The notes beneath the pieces were generated by a model that worked only from the letters and a program-made list of their open reading frames with translations, did no database searches and was not told the DNA's origin. A stretch of DNA of 53,448 nt, filler included, from Sphacelaria rigidula (Eukaryota): assembly GCA_964200075.2 (NCBI GenBank). It is 3 parts of 3 records of this genome, joined end to end, with 100 filler letters (N's around TTAATTAATTAA, not from the genome) between each part and the next. Parts side by side here need not be neighbours in the genome. Positions count along the whole stretch, not along the records: positions 17,855 to 35,603 come from CAXNAA020001001.1; positions 35,704 to 53,448 come from CAXNAA020001002.1; 1 more part is not named here. The stretch is one strand, 5' to 3'. Position 1 is the first letter of the stretch. The number at the start of each line of letters is the position of its first letter. A program made the translations under genes and the position numbers. This document shows positions 25,083 to 36,020 of the stretch, piece by piece.

Positions 25083-26329
25083 ATTGCCGCTCACCTCTCA
25101 GTAGCAGGGGTATCGTATGTGGTGGTATACCATGACCTATGAGGTATTTGTGTCCCCTAGCCCCCAGTTTTAGGAAGTTTCCGTCTAACGGCATTATTTT
25201 GTATTTGCCTCTGTATCCCTCTGGGAAGTCAGGGGCGTTCCGGGCAACCCTTTTGCTGGAAAGGGACTCTAAGGCTGAAGTAAGGCATGCCTTGTTTTCA
25301 GGCCTTATCAAATACCTGTTTTCCGACTCATGTCCAGTTGTTGTTGTTGGTGGTGCTGTCGCTATGGTTGTCTTGACATTCAAATCGTTGTCGTTGTTTT
25401 CACGTTAAAAACCGTCCCGATATCTGCGTAGAAATCTGTACTGGGCATCTGATGCGGATGCCTCTCGAGGTCACAGGCTAACCATCCAAAAGGAGGTACA
25501 AGGAAATAAAAGTATGAAGAAAGAAAAGAAAAGAAAAAAAAACTGCTAGCCTCATGAGTTCCGGTGCCGCAGGCGACCATTCGTGCTACTGGGAGCAGAG
25601 GGCCCAATGGTCCACTCAACCCGTGAGGTCAAACAGGAATGGAGCCAATCTCGGGAACCAAGATGATCAACCAATGCAGGAACATATTTTTTCGGACCTA
25701 TTTTACTTGTTTCGTCAAGACACGGCATTGAAACGAAGTGTGGGGGAAGTTGAGTTTGCGAGTTTTTCAGGGATATCCGACGCCCATTTGAAAATGATCA
25801 CACCCATTTTAGGACAAGAAACCACCGATTGAATTTTTTTTTTATTAAAGTTCCTAGAGCGGGCAAAAAAAAATAATCGTGTCAGAACTAGGTCCGATTC
25901 TTACTAGTACCTCACCCCTCTCAGAACTGTTTGTCTCAATTTTTGGACTCCTGGCTATCTCACTTACAATTTACTCACCACCCACACCAAAGCATCACAC
26001 CTAGGGCAAGCTATAGTTACGGTGAGCGATACCTTCGGCCTACGGTGCTTGTTCAAGGGTGATGGCGTCTTCCTCAGATGGAAGCGAACTTGACAGTGTG
26101 GGAGCCTGGGGTAGGCTTTGAAGCGAGACGGACCGTCACTCTTGCGAGGCATGATTGTGCGTGTGGGTTGCTCACGACCTGGAGCTGACTCATGAGTGGT
26201 GTGGTCCACCGCGCCTCTCTATCTGCTGTTGGTTTGCAGCGAGCACGCTCCTGGGTTCAAATCCAAACGTAAAAAAAAAAAAAACGGTGCTGCGTGCAAC
26301 CGCTTTCCATAATCGGGAGCCATAATTAA

Positions 26330-26430
26330 CTCGTGGACCGCGATGCGGGTAGTCCATCTGGATGACATACTTTTTTCAAGTGAAATTGATACCGATTCGG
26401 CACGTGACCTACACCCTCGCGGTCAAAGGG
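26330..26430. mobile_element. ~101-bp piggyBac-type MITE with TTAA TSD
   Basis: TTAA|CTCGTGGACCGCGA...TCGCGGTCAAAGGG|TTAA; homologous to 14890-14986. Confidence 0.75.
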
Positions 26431-27692
26431 TTAAGGTCCTCGTTTCTCCTTCACGTATTTCTGGATTCCCAAAACTAGAAAACGAGTTGGCTAGAAATAT
26501 TGGCCAAAAAGAATCCCGTACTAGTTGGTCGCAGAGTTATAGTTATATTCAGAATGAGTCAACCGTGGCGATTTGACGACGAACTCGCGCAACCTCGCCT
26601 CTTTGGAAGGGCAGCGGCATGGGAACTGAAACGATGCACAGCGGTTTGTCTCTTGAAAAACCGGTATTAAAGGCCGAGCCCACGACGAGGCCGGTTCGAC
26701 CTTTTGATGATCAACTAGGCTGGGTCCGCTTTGAAAAGAGCCATCTTACACGATAGAATGCGAGAACATGAAAACTCAGCTATGGCAGAATGTGTTCGTT
26801 CTGTACCACTGCTGGATCGTTGCCGGAAAGTGACATGAAGGGGGTCCAAACGGGAAAGTCTCCAGGTGAAGAACGTGCAATACTCGGCACCACAGAGCCC
26901 GAGAGAGAGCGAAAAGTAAGAGGATAATGAGCAGCCAGAGCTCCAAAAAACGAAGTACTATGGTTTAAGCGGAAACACAGTTCGAAGGAGATGTATGATG
27001 GATGAAAGATCTCGTCACGACCATTTCCGACGCATAGGTGAACATTTTTTCTTTTCCATCAAGATCATTCAAACATTAGGTTTATTACTCTTTTTCTTGT
27101 TACCAACGCCGGAGTAGCGGTTGACACGGGCATCGGCGAAAACCCTGGGAATAGAAGTGTTGATGCCGTAGCTGGTTCTCTCGAAGTCATCATTCGACAC
27201 AGTCCACAAAAAAGAATATAAAGTATTGCTTCTGCGTGGTCATATTTTGCACCCGTAGGAGATGTCTGTTTCAAAAGCAAGTGCGGCTTGTTCGCTGTAC
27301 GCATGTTCTGATATCAAGCCCTTGTTTGGTCTTGCCCTTACGGTAGGGCACGGCGGGGGGGAGGGGGGTCTGGATCGCCTCTGTGTTGGCTTGAGCCCTC
27401 GATCGTGTTTCAAGCGTCGATTTGGGGGAGGGGTCAGGTCACTATAACGAGAGATGCAGACCCTGTCGAGTGCGGTTTGGTTTGTTGTAAAGCGCGTGAG
27501 GCAGCTCGATTTATATCTACGTGCCGTACAATGTACTGCGGTGCTCTGAACTAGGCGACCAAAATATTTTAACGCAGCAAACCGGGTGACGTCTCATTTC
27601 AGGGAGAACGACAAGGACAACAACAATTCGGCGAGTACGGACGACTGAACTTGGTGGAACAAGAGACGACATCAGCGGACCTCCCGACGAGC

Positions 27693-28210
27693 ATGTTGAT
27701 GGCTGCCTCGTCACCGGCATGCCAACCGACTCATAATCAAAACAACCGCCTTGCCACCAGCACGTCGTCAGGCATGGAGCTCGCGCAGCCACAGTCGCAA
27801 GCATCCTCTGCGTCGATCACAAGCGCAGCGGAGAGTGCAGCGCAAAAGTTATCTGCTCGAGGGTTGGAACACGACGTGCAGGGACTAGGTGGGGGACGAG
27901 GGGGCTCGGGGGCATTGTCGGGGGTAGACACGTCCGCAGAGTACACGATGTTCATGTCTGCCGAGGACGAGCCGTTGGGAGCGATGGAGGATTTCGGCTC
28001 GCTCGAGCCGCATCACATGGAAGGCAGTGACAATGAGCACGATCACTACAACGAAGGGGAGGCGAGCGGGGCCGAGGGCGGGGCTGAGAGGGAAGGAAAG
28101 GGGCGCGGCCCGTACAGGAAACGTCGGAAGGATAGCAGTGGAAGTGTCAAGGGGGGGGCTTCATCTTCCGGAGAATGTGGCACCGCAGAGGCGGAGAAGG
28201 CCAAAGCCAG
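27693..28210 (+). CDS. bZIP-PAS exon (low-complexity N-terminus, NLS-like RKRRK)
   Basis: Within ORF 27651-28220; AG|gtatac donor. The exon may begin at 27603. Confidence 0.8.
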
Positions 28211-31161
28211 GTATACGTGACTGGCTAACTTGTGTAATGCGAATGTTTTTTTTGTTCAGGTGGTGGTGTCTTTGAGGACTTGTCGCAGCAAGAAGGTATA
28301 ACAAAATTACATAGGACGGGACGGGAATCCCGCCCCGTCCTGTTGTGTTTTTAGCGACGGGGGCGAGTTCCCGTCCTGCCCCGTCGTGTCTTCAGCGACG
28401 GGAAAGCGGTCCCATCCCGTCCTTACGGGTGAAAATTTCGGATGAGAATCACGGGAGTTCCTGTCAAAATGAACGAGACTTCCGGTCGACGGGACGGAAA
28501 TTCCCATCCAATCTGACGGGAACTTGGTTATGCTTTTTCTCGTGTGGCGTGTGGGAACACGTTTTTGATTGTCGGGCTCCGGTCCCTTCCACAGCCCATT
28601 CTTACATTTTACAGGGTTGGATAAGCGGTCACGGCCATCGTAACCATAACTTGTCACGGACTTGGGGATGGGGCTTGAGTCGATCCAATTGCTGTTGTCG
28701 CATGTTGTGGCTCAACCGGTGATTGTTTCTTCATGAACGAGTCCAAGCATCGCTACACTGCATTATAATCTTGTCGCAGTTGTTCCGGGGGGTTACACAC
28801 ATACGCCTGCGAGAACGGGGTGGAACACGACACTGCGAGCATGGGGAGGAATGGGACAAGACGATAATTCTTGTCCCGTCAGTTTCCATAAATTCCCGCC
28901 TCATCCCGTAATTTTTTGGCGACGAGAAAACCGTCCACGTCCCGTCTTGTCGTTTTTTGGCGACGGGGAAACGGTTTCGTCCTGTCCCAAAATCCCGTGA
29001 CGAGCCCTGTTGTTTCCGTCGAGTGGGATGTTTTGCTGGGCGATCGTCGCCTTGGAACGGTGAAGAAAAAAGAGGGCGAGGGAGGCAGGGAGAGCTTCCC
29101 AGCTTTGTACTGGTCCCGTGGCAGTGTGTTGCTAGCTGCCTCTACTCGCGTTTAATTGTTTGGATTTTGGAGTACTGAAAGAGGTTGGTATTTTTTTATG
29201 CGGTTGATGTGTACAAAAAGTTTAGAGTACTGACGAAACGTGGTTGTCCTAACTAGAGTGGCCGCGTCGGCTTCAGCGAGGACAAATCTGTAAGTTCTTC
29301 GGAATCATGAGCACGGTTGACGTTACAGCTGTCGAGATTAGCGATCGCGGACGTGCCACGGATGGAACTTGCACGTCAAGCAACCTCCCCAGAGCTGCAA
29401 CGTGACGTGGGTATCATGGATGAAGGCTGCTGCGAGCACAGAAGCGGGACACTAGTCATGCAACACCACCACGCTATGCAGCGAGGAAGACACAACCAAA
29501 CCGGGTGATTCTGAATGATTTTCCCTCTTGGAAGCCCTAGCCCCACTGATCTTTGTGTGTTGCACTTCAGTCCTGCACGAAGCGATAAGTCTTCCCTTCG
29601 GGGCAAGCGACCCTAGTTAGTCTGCTGTGGAGCAAAAGGCTCCGTTTGCAGCAACCCATTCGTCAATCAGAGAGTGCCACGTGTCCCTTGTTTCTTGTCG
29701 TGTTCTGTTATATTGTTCAGCCGGGACAGAAATCGTGAACACGCACGTAACACCCGAATGCGGAAGAAGCAGTACATCGAAAACCTCAAGCTACAAATCG
29801 GGGAGATGCTGCAGGCGAAGGCGAGAGACGAGAGGGACGCGCTCATGGACTCTTCCAGGCAATCGGCAGCGGTACGAAGTTGTGACCGAATGTTTTTGTT
29901 TTTGCTCGCATACCAGGTGCCTGTTCTCGAGTCGCTCAGCTGCGACTGCTGTATACGGAGAATTTACTTCAGAGTGCGTGAAGACGTGAACGGTGGGCAA
30001 CACGTTGTCGGAAAACCCGCTCTCTCTCTCTCCGCATCTCGTTTTCCATAATCTGAAGATAGTACCGGCTTTTTGGCCATGCCCAGCATCAGCATTACGT
30101 TCCAGTACACAGTAGCGTGTAGCGCATCTTTGTCTGAAGTGGAGATATGCTCCACTTGTTGCGTCGTTTAATCTTCCCTTGTCGACCTCCACTTCCTCAC
30201 CTGTCACTTGTCGCCCCCCCCCCCTCCCCCTTCTTTCGGAAACGGGTGTTTGCCGTTCGTGGCGACGCCTCTTTGGTGTATTCATACCACGATCCGTGAA
30301 GAGGATAGCTCAGCGACAGACGGTGCTCAACATGTTTTATCTTCGCACAACAGAGGATCTGTCTCGCCAGTCCTGGGCGTCCGTGCTGGACACTGACTTC
30401 ACGTGTGTGACGCCCGTCACTCCCTACCGATCTTTCCTGCCGTCAGAGGTATGTTGGAGGATTGGATATTTTGATGTTCAATTTTGTTGTTCATAGTGTA
30501 TGCATCGTATTTCAGACAGCATGCAATCTGTTGTAGCTACGGTACCTTTTTCTGTCTTTCCCCGCCCCCTGCTGATAAATGTGCTGTTTGCTCTGTCCTC
30601 AAGGGTCGTGCCCTGGCGTCCCGACGCCCTGCTCAGTGGACGTAGATCTTGCCGTATCTTCGTCACGTTAACTTATCGCCGCCACGCCTCTCGCCGGTCA
30701 CGCGGTACAAGAGGAATCCTGATGAAAGAAAATTGCAAGGGCAGGTCGAGTAAGGTATACTCGATAAGGGAGTATTTTGAAAGTCGTACGTGAAGTACAC
30801 AAATTGGGGTAGGGTGTAATTGGTCGCTTTCCAGTTATTTTTTGGGTACCACTCCTAACACCCCGGTTAGAGTTCTTGAAGTACGACTTTCAAAATACCC
30901 CGCAATTGAGTATACCCTACTCGACCTACTCTTGGAATATTGCGATGCCCTTCCATATCTCTAACTGGTGGAATGCCGGCGTGTGTTGGACATGACATTG
31001 AGGGCCTTCTCGCGATGCTTGCAGGTGCGAAATTTTCGGCGAGTTATCAAGGGCATCGACGGCATGATTCAGGACACGGCGTCCCTCGCCGTTTTCGTGC
31101 AATCCATCTGCTGCCGATCTCTGAACCCAACGGGACAGAAGGTATGTCATGTTTTTCTCCA

Positions 31162-31195
<34 letters not shown>

Positions 31196-33669
31196 CCTGA
31201 TGTACATGTGTATTTTGTGTTCTTTTTTCAGGCTGACATGTCCTCCAAATCGATACCCGTACGTACTTGGCGAGACAAGCGCACATCACGGCGTTGTAGT
31301 AACTGAAAACCGTCCCTACGATAGTTTTGACGAGTGCATGTGCCCGATCGATGCGCAACGGTGACAAGAGCCAGGCAAGGGTTTACGATGAAAGATTTAT
31401 GCTCGAGGTACGAAGCGGATGCCGAGAGCTTACTCGTTCTCGCGAAGGTCAGAGTCCAACGCTATGCATTGTACTCACAATATCCCGGGCTTACGTCAGT
31501 TCGTGTCTGTGCTCATGTGCCGCCGTCGGCATTCCCTTGCATATCATTGCCGTCATCTTTTTGACTGGCTTGAAGGTAAAATGCCAGTTCTACGCGTCGG
31601 CTGATGACACCGTGGTTGGACCGCACGGGGTGAGAAATCAATGACTGGTTTTTGTAGAGTCGATGACTGTGGTATTTGTACCGTAGAATATGCACAACGA
31701 GAATGGATGCTGGTCACCCCGAACGTTCGATGTATGTAAAGCGCGCACGGTCGCAACTTCTCCCTTGCATTGTTCCTTGTTCTGTTTCGTGGTCTAGTAG
31801 TGAGCGTTGTTTGACCTCCGGTGACGCGTATCTCCACTCAAACCTCACGGGGTCGGATGCAGTTGGCCGAACGAATTTCAGCAAAGTAAATCAACCGATG
31901 AGTGTGTTCATCTCTTGCTTATACAATGCTTGTGTCGTGCAGGTCTTCGTATTTTCCAGGGCCTCTTCATTTATTGTAGATGATCATGTTGTGCCCTGCA
32001 CTCGCCCTGACTCAACAGTACGCCGCATTTCGTCGAACCTTCGCACAATGTGTTATTGGCGTACACATTGGACCATTAGCTCATGAGCCGATGGTTGATG
32101 AAGACGGAAAACGCTATGGAGTGCGGGGCTCAGTGTGAGGTGGTGAGCCACGGCATGCTAAAGGCACAGTTTTCGCCAGACAATCGGATCAAGCACCTAG
32201 AGCTGGAGTTCGACGTGATGAGCTTGATGCAGCAGCTGCAGAGGGCCTGTGGCGGAGGGGAGTTCAAAGTCGTCCCCAACACTGTACGTTTCGGTGATGT
32301 GGCTTCCGTTGGACACACTGCGACGACACTTCGATGTAGAAGCAAGCTTCCGCACTGCGCTTGAGCCCTTCCGGCCTCGGCGTGTTACTGTGTGAAGTGT
32401 ACTGGGCTGCAGCCTGCCGTTCTGTGCTGTGCTGTTGTGTCACGTGATGTTCGGTGGTCTTGTGAGGCACGGGGCCCCCCCAACACTCGACCTAAATGTA
32501 TGCACGACGGCGATTGCTGGTATACACGCCTTGCACCATGTAGCGTTTACCCCGCTCACCTAGCCGATTGCTGCCGTTTTGCAATCTTGTCGCTCAGCTG
32601 GAGGCTGCTCTTCAGCCGTCAAGATACGCGAGGGTGGTGTGCTCGGCACAGCCACCTTTTTGGATCACGCACGCCAACCACGCATGGAGCCGTCTCATGG
32701 GGCACTCAGAGGAAGAGGCTAGACTCTTCACCATCTCGCTGCTCAACGTGAGCAAATGATTTCGACAGTGCGCAATCGATTTTCCGTGCAACCGCACTTG
32801 GTGTGTAGATTCAGCCACTGATGCCGTTTGAACTTGGAACACAAGCCTGGCCATATGTATATATATATATGATAGACACACATGATGAATATGACTATGC
32901 TTGCGTCAAGCATATGCCAATGGTTTCGCGTACCTGGGCGCGAGTTCATTTGTTTTCTCGCCTTTACAAAAGAATAATCACACATACTCTCGATCGAATG
33001 AAGGTATGGTCTTGGTTGAGCAAATTAGTGAATATGATGCAATGGATGCACTCCAGCGGGGACACCTCTAACCCAAGACCTGTCCTTTCGTCGGACTAAT
33101 GTTGGATGTCGAGAAACAGGGTCCCGCGGAAGCAAGCAACGGCAGTGACTTGGACGCTATCATACACCAATGCATGCAGACGAGTCCCAAGCGAGCGGGG
33201 AGGGCGGAGCTTCACGTGATCGTGCGCGACATGCGCCGGCTGAAGGTGGAGCTGCAGCTGTACCCCTTGGGCACTGCCGACGGCGCACTAACGCACTTCC
33301 TCATCATCATGGACGAGGTGCCCATGTGCCCTGCCCTCCCTCATCCAGGTGTGTTTGAGAAAGCGCGGGAATGTACCATATTCCGATACAGTGTTTGACA
33401 AACATAGAATTTTTCCAACTCTGTTGTGCAAGTAAGTCTAAAATCTGACGTCGAAGGCCTCTTTTCGATTTTCTGAAACGTTATCTCCGAACCTAGTGCC
33501 AGTGAAAACTACATGTTTTTGGTACATGATCGCTCTCGGGTGCTGCAGCAGCCTCTCCATCCAGCTCATTTGGTGTCTCCCCGCTCCCTCACATTCTGAA
33601 CGTTCCCCCGCCACTCGCTATCGTTTCGTGTGCTGCATATCAGGCTTGGACCTGTTCGGCTATGTCTGA
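27693..33669 (+). CDS. bZIP transcription factor with putative NTF2/SnoaL-like middle domain and C-terminal PAS domain (bZIP-PAS), 9 coding exons, ~531 aa
   Basis: Exons 27693-28210, 29721-29871, 30302(or 30314)-30448, 31025-31141, 31576-31629, 32080-32283, 32598-32747, 33120-33348, 33644-33669. All introns are GT-AG and the sum (1596 nt) is in frame. Basic region RDRNREHARNTRMRKKQYIENL; PAS motifs ARVVCSAQPPFWITHANHAWSRLMGHSEEE and LYPLGTADGALTHFLII. An in-frame acceptor at 27602 could extend the N-terminus. Confidence 0.9.
28310..29045. repeat. ACGGG/CCCGT-rich repeat (probable degenerate MITE) in bZIP-PAS intron 1
   Basis: Many gacggg/cccgtc motifs in both orientations; ends not resolved. 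Confidence 0.45.
29721..29871 (+). CDS. bZIP-PAS exon (bZIP basic region and zipper)
   Basis: ttcag|C...GCG|gtacg; RDRNREHARNTRMRKKQYIENLKLQIGEML (N-x7-R). Confidence 0.95.
30302..30448 (+). CDS. bZIP-PAS exon
   Basis: aag acceptor (alternative cag at 30313), GAG|gtatg donor; VLNMFYLRTTEDLSRQSWASVLDTDFTCVTPVTPYRSF. Confidence 0.85.
30736..30934. mobile_element. Short palindromic MITE (CAAGGGCAGGTCG family) in a bZIP-PAS intron
   Basis: caagggcaggtcgagtaaggtatactc...gagtataccctactcgacctactcttg, with near end-to-end inverted symmetry. Confidence 0.78.
31025..31141 (+). CDS. bZIP-PAS exon
   Basis: tgcag|GTG...AAG|gtatg; RRVIKGIDGMIQDTASLAVFVQSI. Confidence 0.9.
31169..31195. repeat. (GT)n microsatellite
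   Basis: Directly visible dinucleotide run. Confidence 0.9.
31576..31629 (+). CDS. bZIP-PAS short exon
   Basis: gaag|GTA...GGG|gtgag; VKCQFYASADDTVVGPHG. Confidence 0.75.
32080..32283 (+). CDS. bZIP-PAS exon
   Basis: attag|CTC...ACT|gtacg; LMSRWLMKTENAMECGAQCEVVSHGMLKAQFSPDNRIKHLELEFDVMSLMQQLQRA. Confidence 0.92.
32598..32747 (+). CDS. bZIP-PAS exon (PAS N-half)
   Basis: ctcag|CTG...AAC|gtgag; ARVVCSAQPPFWITHANHAWSRLMGHSEEEARLFTISLLN. Confidence 0.92.
33120..33348 (+). CDS. bZIP-PAS exon (PAS C-half)
   Basis: Branch-like gactaat upstream; aacag|GGT...CCAG|gtgtg; GPAE...LKVELQLYPLGTADGALTHFLIIMDEV. Confidence 0.9.
33644..33669 (+). CDS. bZIP-PAS last coding exon
   Basis: atcag|GC TTG GAC CTG TTC GGC TAT GTC TGA, phase-compatible. 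Confidence 0.65.
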
Positions 33670-35603
33670 AGGATCTGGTTGGGAAGGACACTATGTGATG
33701 AAGATTGTAGGTGCTGTTTTTACTGTGTCGGGCAAAGCACTGTTTTTAACTTTTTGAGGTCGTGCTTCTTTTTTTATTTTTAGCCTCTTGTTGGTTCAAT
33801 CGTTTGTGTCGGAGTGTGCTTGTTGTTGTTGTATAGCACGTTGTGTGGAACAGGATAGAGAGGAAAGGAAAACTGACATTGTCGGTCCGGTGGAATGAGG
33901 CTTGTAGGTTGCTGTCGATCATTCCCCGTGAGGCGTAACGGACATTTCTTTCGTGGTGTTGTTTTGGTGTTATGTGTCGGTTCCTCATGCTGGTGGTTTG
34001 TTTCTTGGTGCTGGTGGTTTGGTCTGTCTTTTTTAGCGCTATAAGGTACAAAATTGGACGATTCCTAGTTTATACTGCTGTATGTCGTGACTATCATTTT
34101 TTATGCTCGTTCTCTGTGTGGCAACGTAATAGTTTGCCGATGCCTCAATCATCGCAGAGCAATCAGACATACTTTGTCGCTGTGTGCCGTAGTCACACGG
34201 TGCGGGTACGCGTTGTAGAATCATACGTGAAAGGGATAAAGAGGGGTGTTCTGTTTTGTGTTTCATGTAAAATTTTGGAGGTAACGGTGCCGCTTTTGAT
34301 ACAAAGACATTTTGTTTTTCCTAGTGTGTGTTGCATCGAGTGCTTTTTTTCAAGCGTGTAGAGATGCTTCGAATATGATTGGATGCGGTGTAACTTCCTT
34401 GCTCAACGGCCGGAGGACGAATCTGGGTTTTCCGCTCTTCAAGTGCTATAGGCAGGTGTACAAAGGAGTGTGATTGTACCTGATGCGGGTGCCCACTATT
34501 TCAATTCGGTAGGCTACCGAATAGAACATGCAGAGGGGGATAGCATAGTCTGCGGTATTCCAAGAGAAACCGAACGAGCATTGCACGCCCCGATCATTTG
34601 CACACTGCGCACAACGCGTGAGCATACATTTTCGGGAGTAGTTTCTACGATTGTCTTAAGAAGGTGCGATCACGCAGTAACTGGGTAGGACGGTAAATGC
34701 TCGGCGATGAGACTCGCCGGGGTGGCGATACTATTGCGAGAAGTGAGACTCATTTCGAATTAGACATTTTGATATTGTCACGATGGTTGGGATACAGATT
34801 CTTTGAACAAATCAACCATGCTTTACTAACGGCCACCCAATAGTTGAGATCGCGAAGCCGCCATGTCATCACGAAGTTGTTCCGATTATAATGTACAAAA
34901 AGAGGGTACCCTACTGGTCGGGTACCGCTCTCACGAATCGAATGCTCACCCTCCTCAGTTTTTTCATTTTAACAAGAAGACTTTACGCTCCGGACCCCAA
35001 AGACTTCATTTTCATCGGTTACGATTATTTTTCAACCCGTCGTTGACCTCTACATCATATAATTGTTGTACACTCCAACGGCATGGTGATTCCAAGTATC
35101 TGGCTTCCCTGTCCCCCAGCCAGGCATCGATGAACGAGGGACGACTTTTACAGGCGGGTACAACACACATAGGGGCCCGGAGAAGTTTCTTTCCATCAAA
35201 ATCTGTTTCCTCCAAGTTGCAAAGTGTTCCAAGCGCATGGTTTTCTAATACGAACAGTGACTTGTCGAATTATGTTCCGTTGTTCGAGCAGTGTTCGACG
35301 CCGATGCCCGAAACGTTTCGTTTTGCTGTTGGACAGTTTCTTTTGATGTTCAACTGGACCTGAAGCGGACACCTTTCCAAAGGTTTTCAGAACCGTTTTA
35401 ATCTTGTGCATATAGCTCATGAAAATCAAACTGTCTAGCTTTCACAGGTCTTGCGAAATCGGTGCAGTCTGTTAGCGTGACCACCACTGCGCAGACGGGA
35501 GGTAGCTATGACCCCGTTTGCCTGGCGTACTGCCGACAGCGTCGCGTGAAAGCCATGAGACCCTTGCTGTCGACGGTTGATGGCGTGGGTCTCGAATGCA
35601 ACG

Positions 35604-35703
35604 NNNNNNNNNNNNNNNNNNNNNNNNNNNNNNNNNNNNNNNNNNNNTTAATTAATTAANNNNNNNNNNNNNNNNNNNNNNNNNNNNNNNNNNNNNNNNN
35701 NNN
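35604..35703. other. Artificial contig-joining linker (N44-TTAATTAATTAA-N44)
   Basis: Identical to 17755-17854. Confidence 0.97.
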
Positions 35704-36020
35704 ACAACTATACACTTCTGCTTCTGTGACTCCATTTTCGACAGCGGACGCTGTGCGAGATTGCCTTCTACGTTTTTGGTTGAGCAGTAGGTGCTCAGGC
35801 CATATATCTCTAGACTCTACCAAACAGCCCCAATGTTGACTGATGACAGCACACGAAGGTCTCTAGTAAAGGATAAAACGAGAGACAAAATCACCTTTTC
35901 TCTCTCTTGGTTTGGTACAGCCGCTAATCCTCATCGCCATTGGAATATAATTTTCTTTCGTTTTGTTCCCTAAATTTCACTGAAAACAACCGATGCCTTC
36001 AATAAACGTCTTGATCGGCC

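Noticed and set aside
27693..33669. Aureochrome photoreceptor
   Set aside because: The PAS domain lacks GxNCRFLQ and an extra domain separates it from the bZIP.
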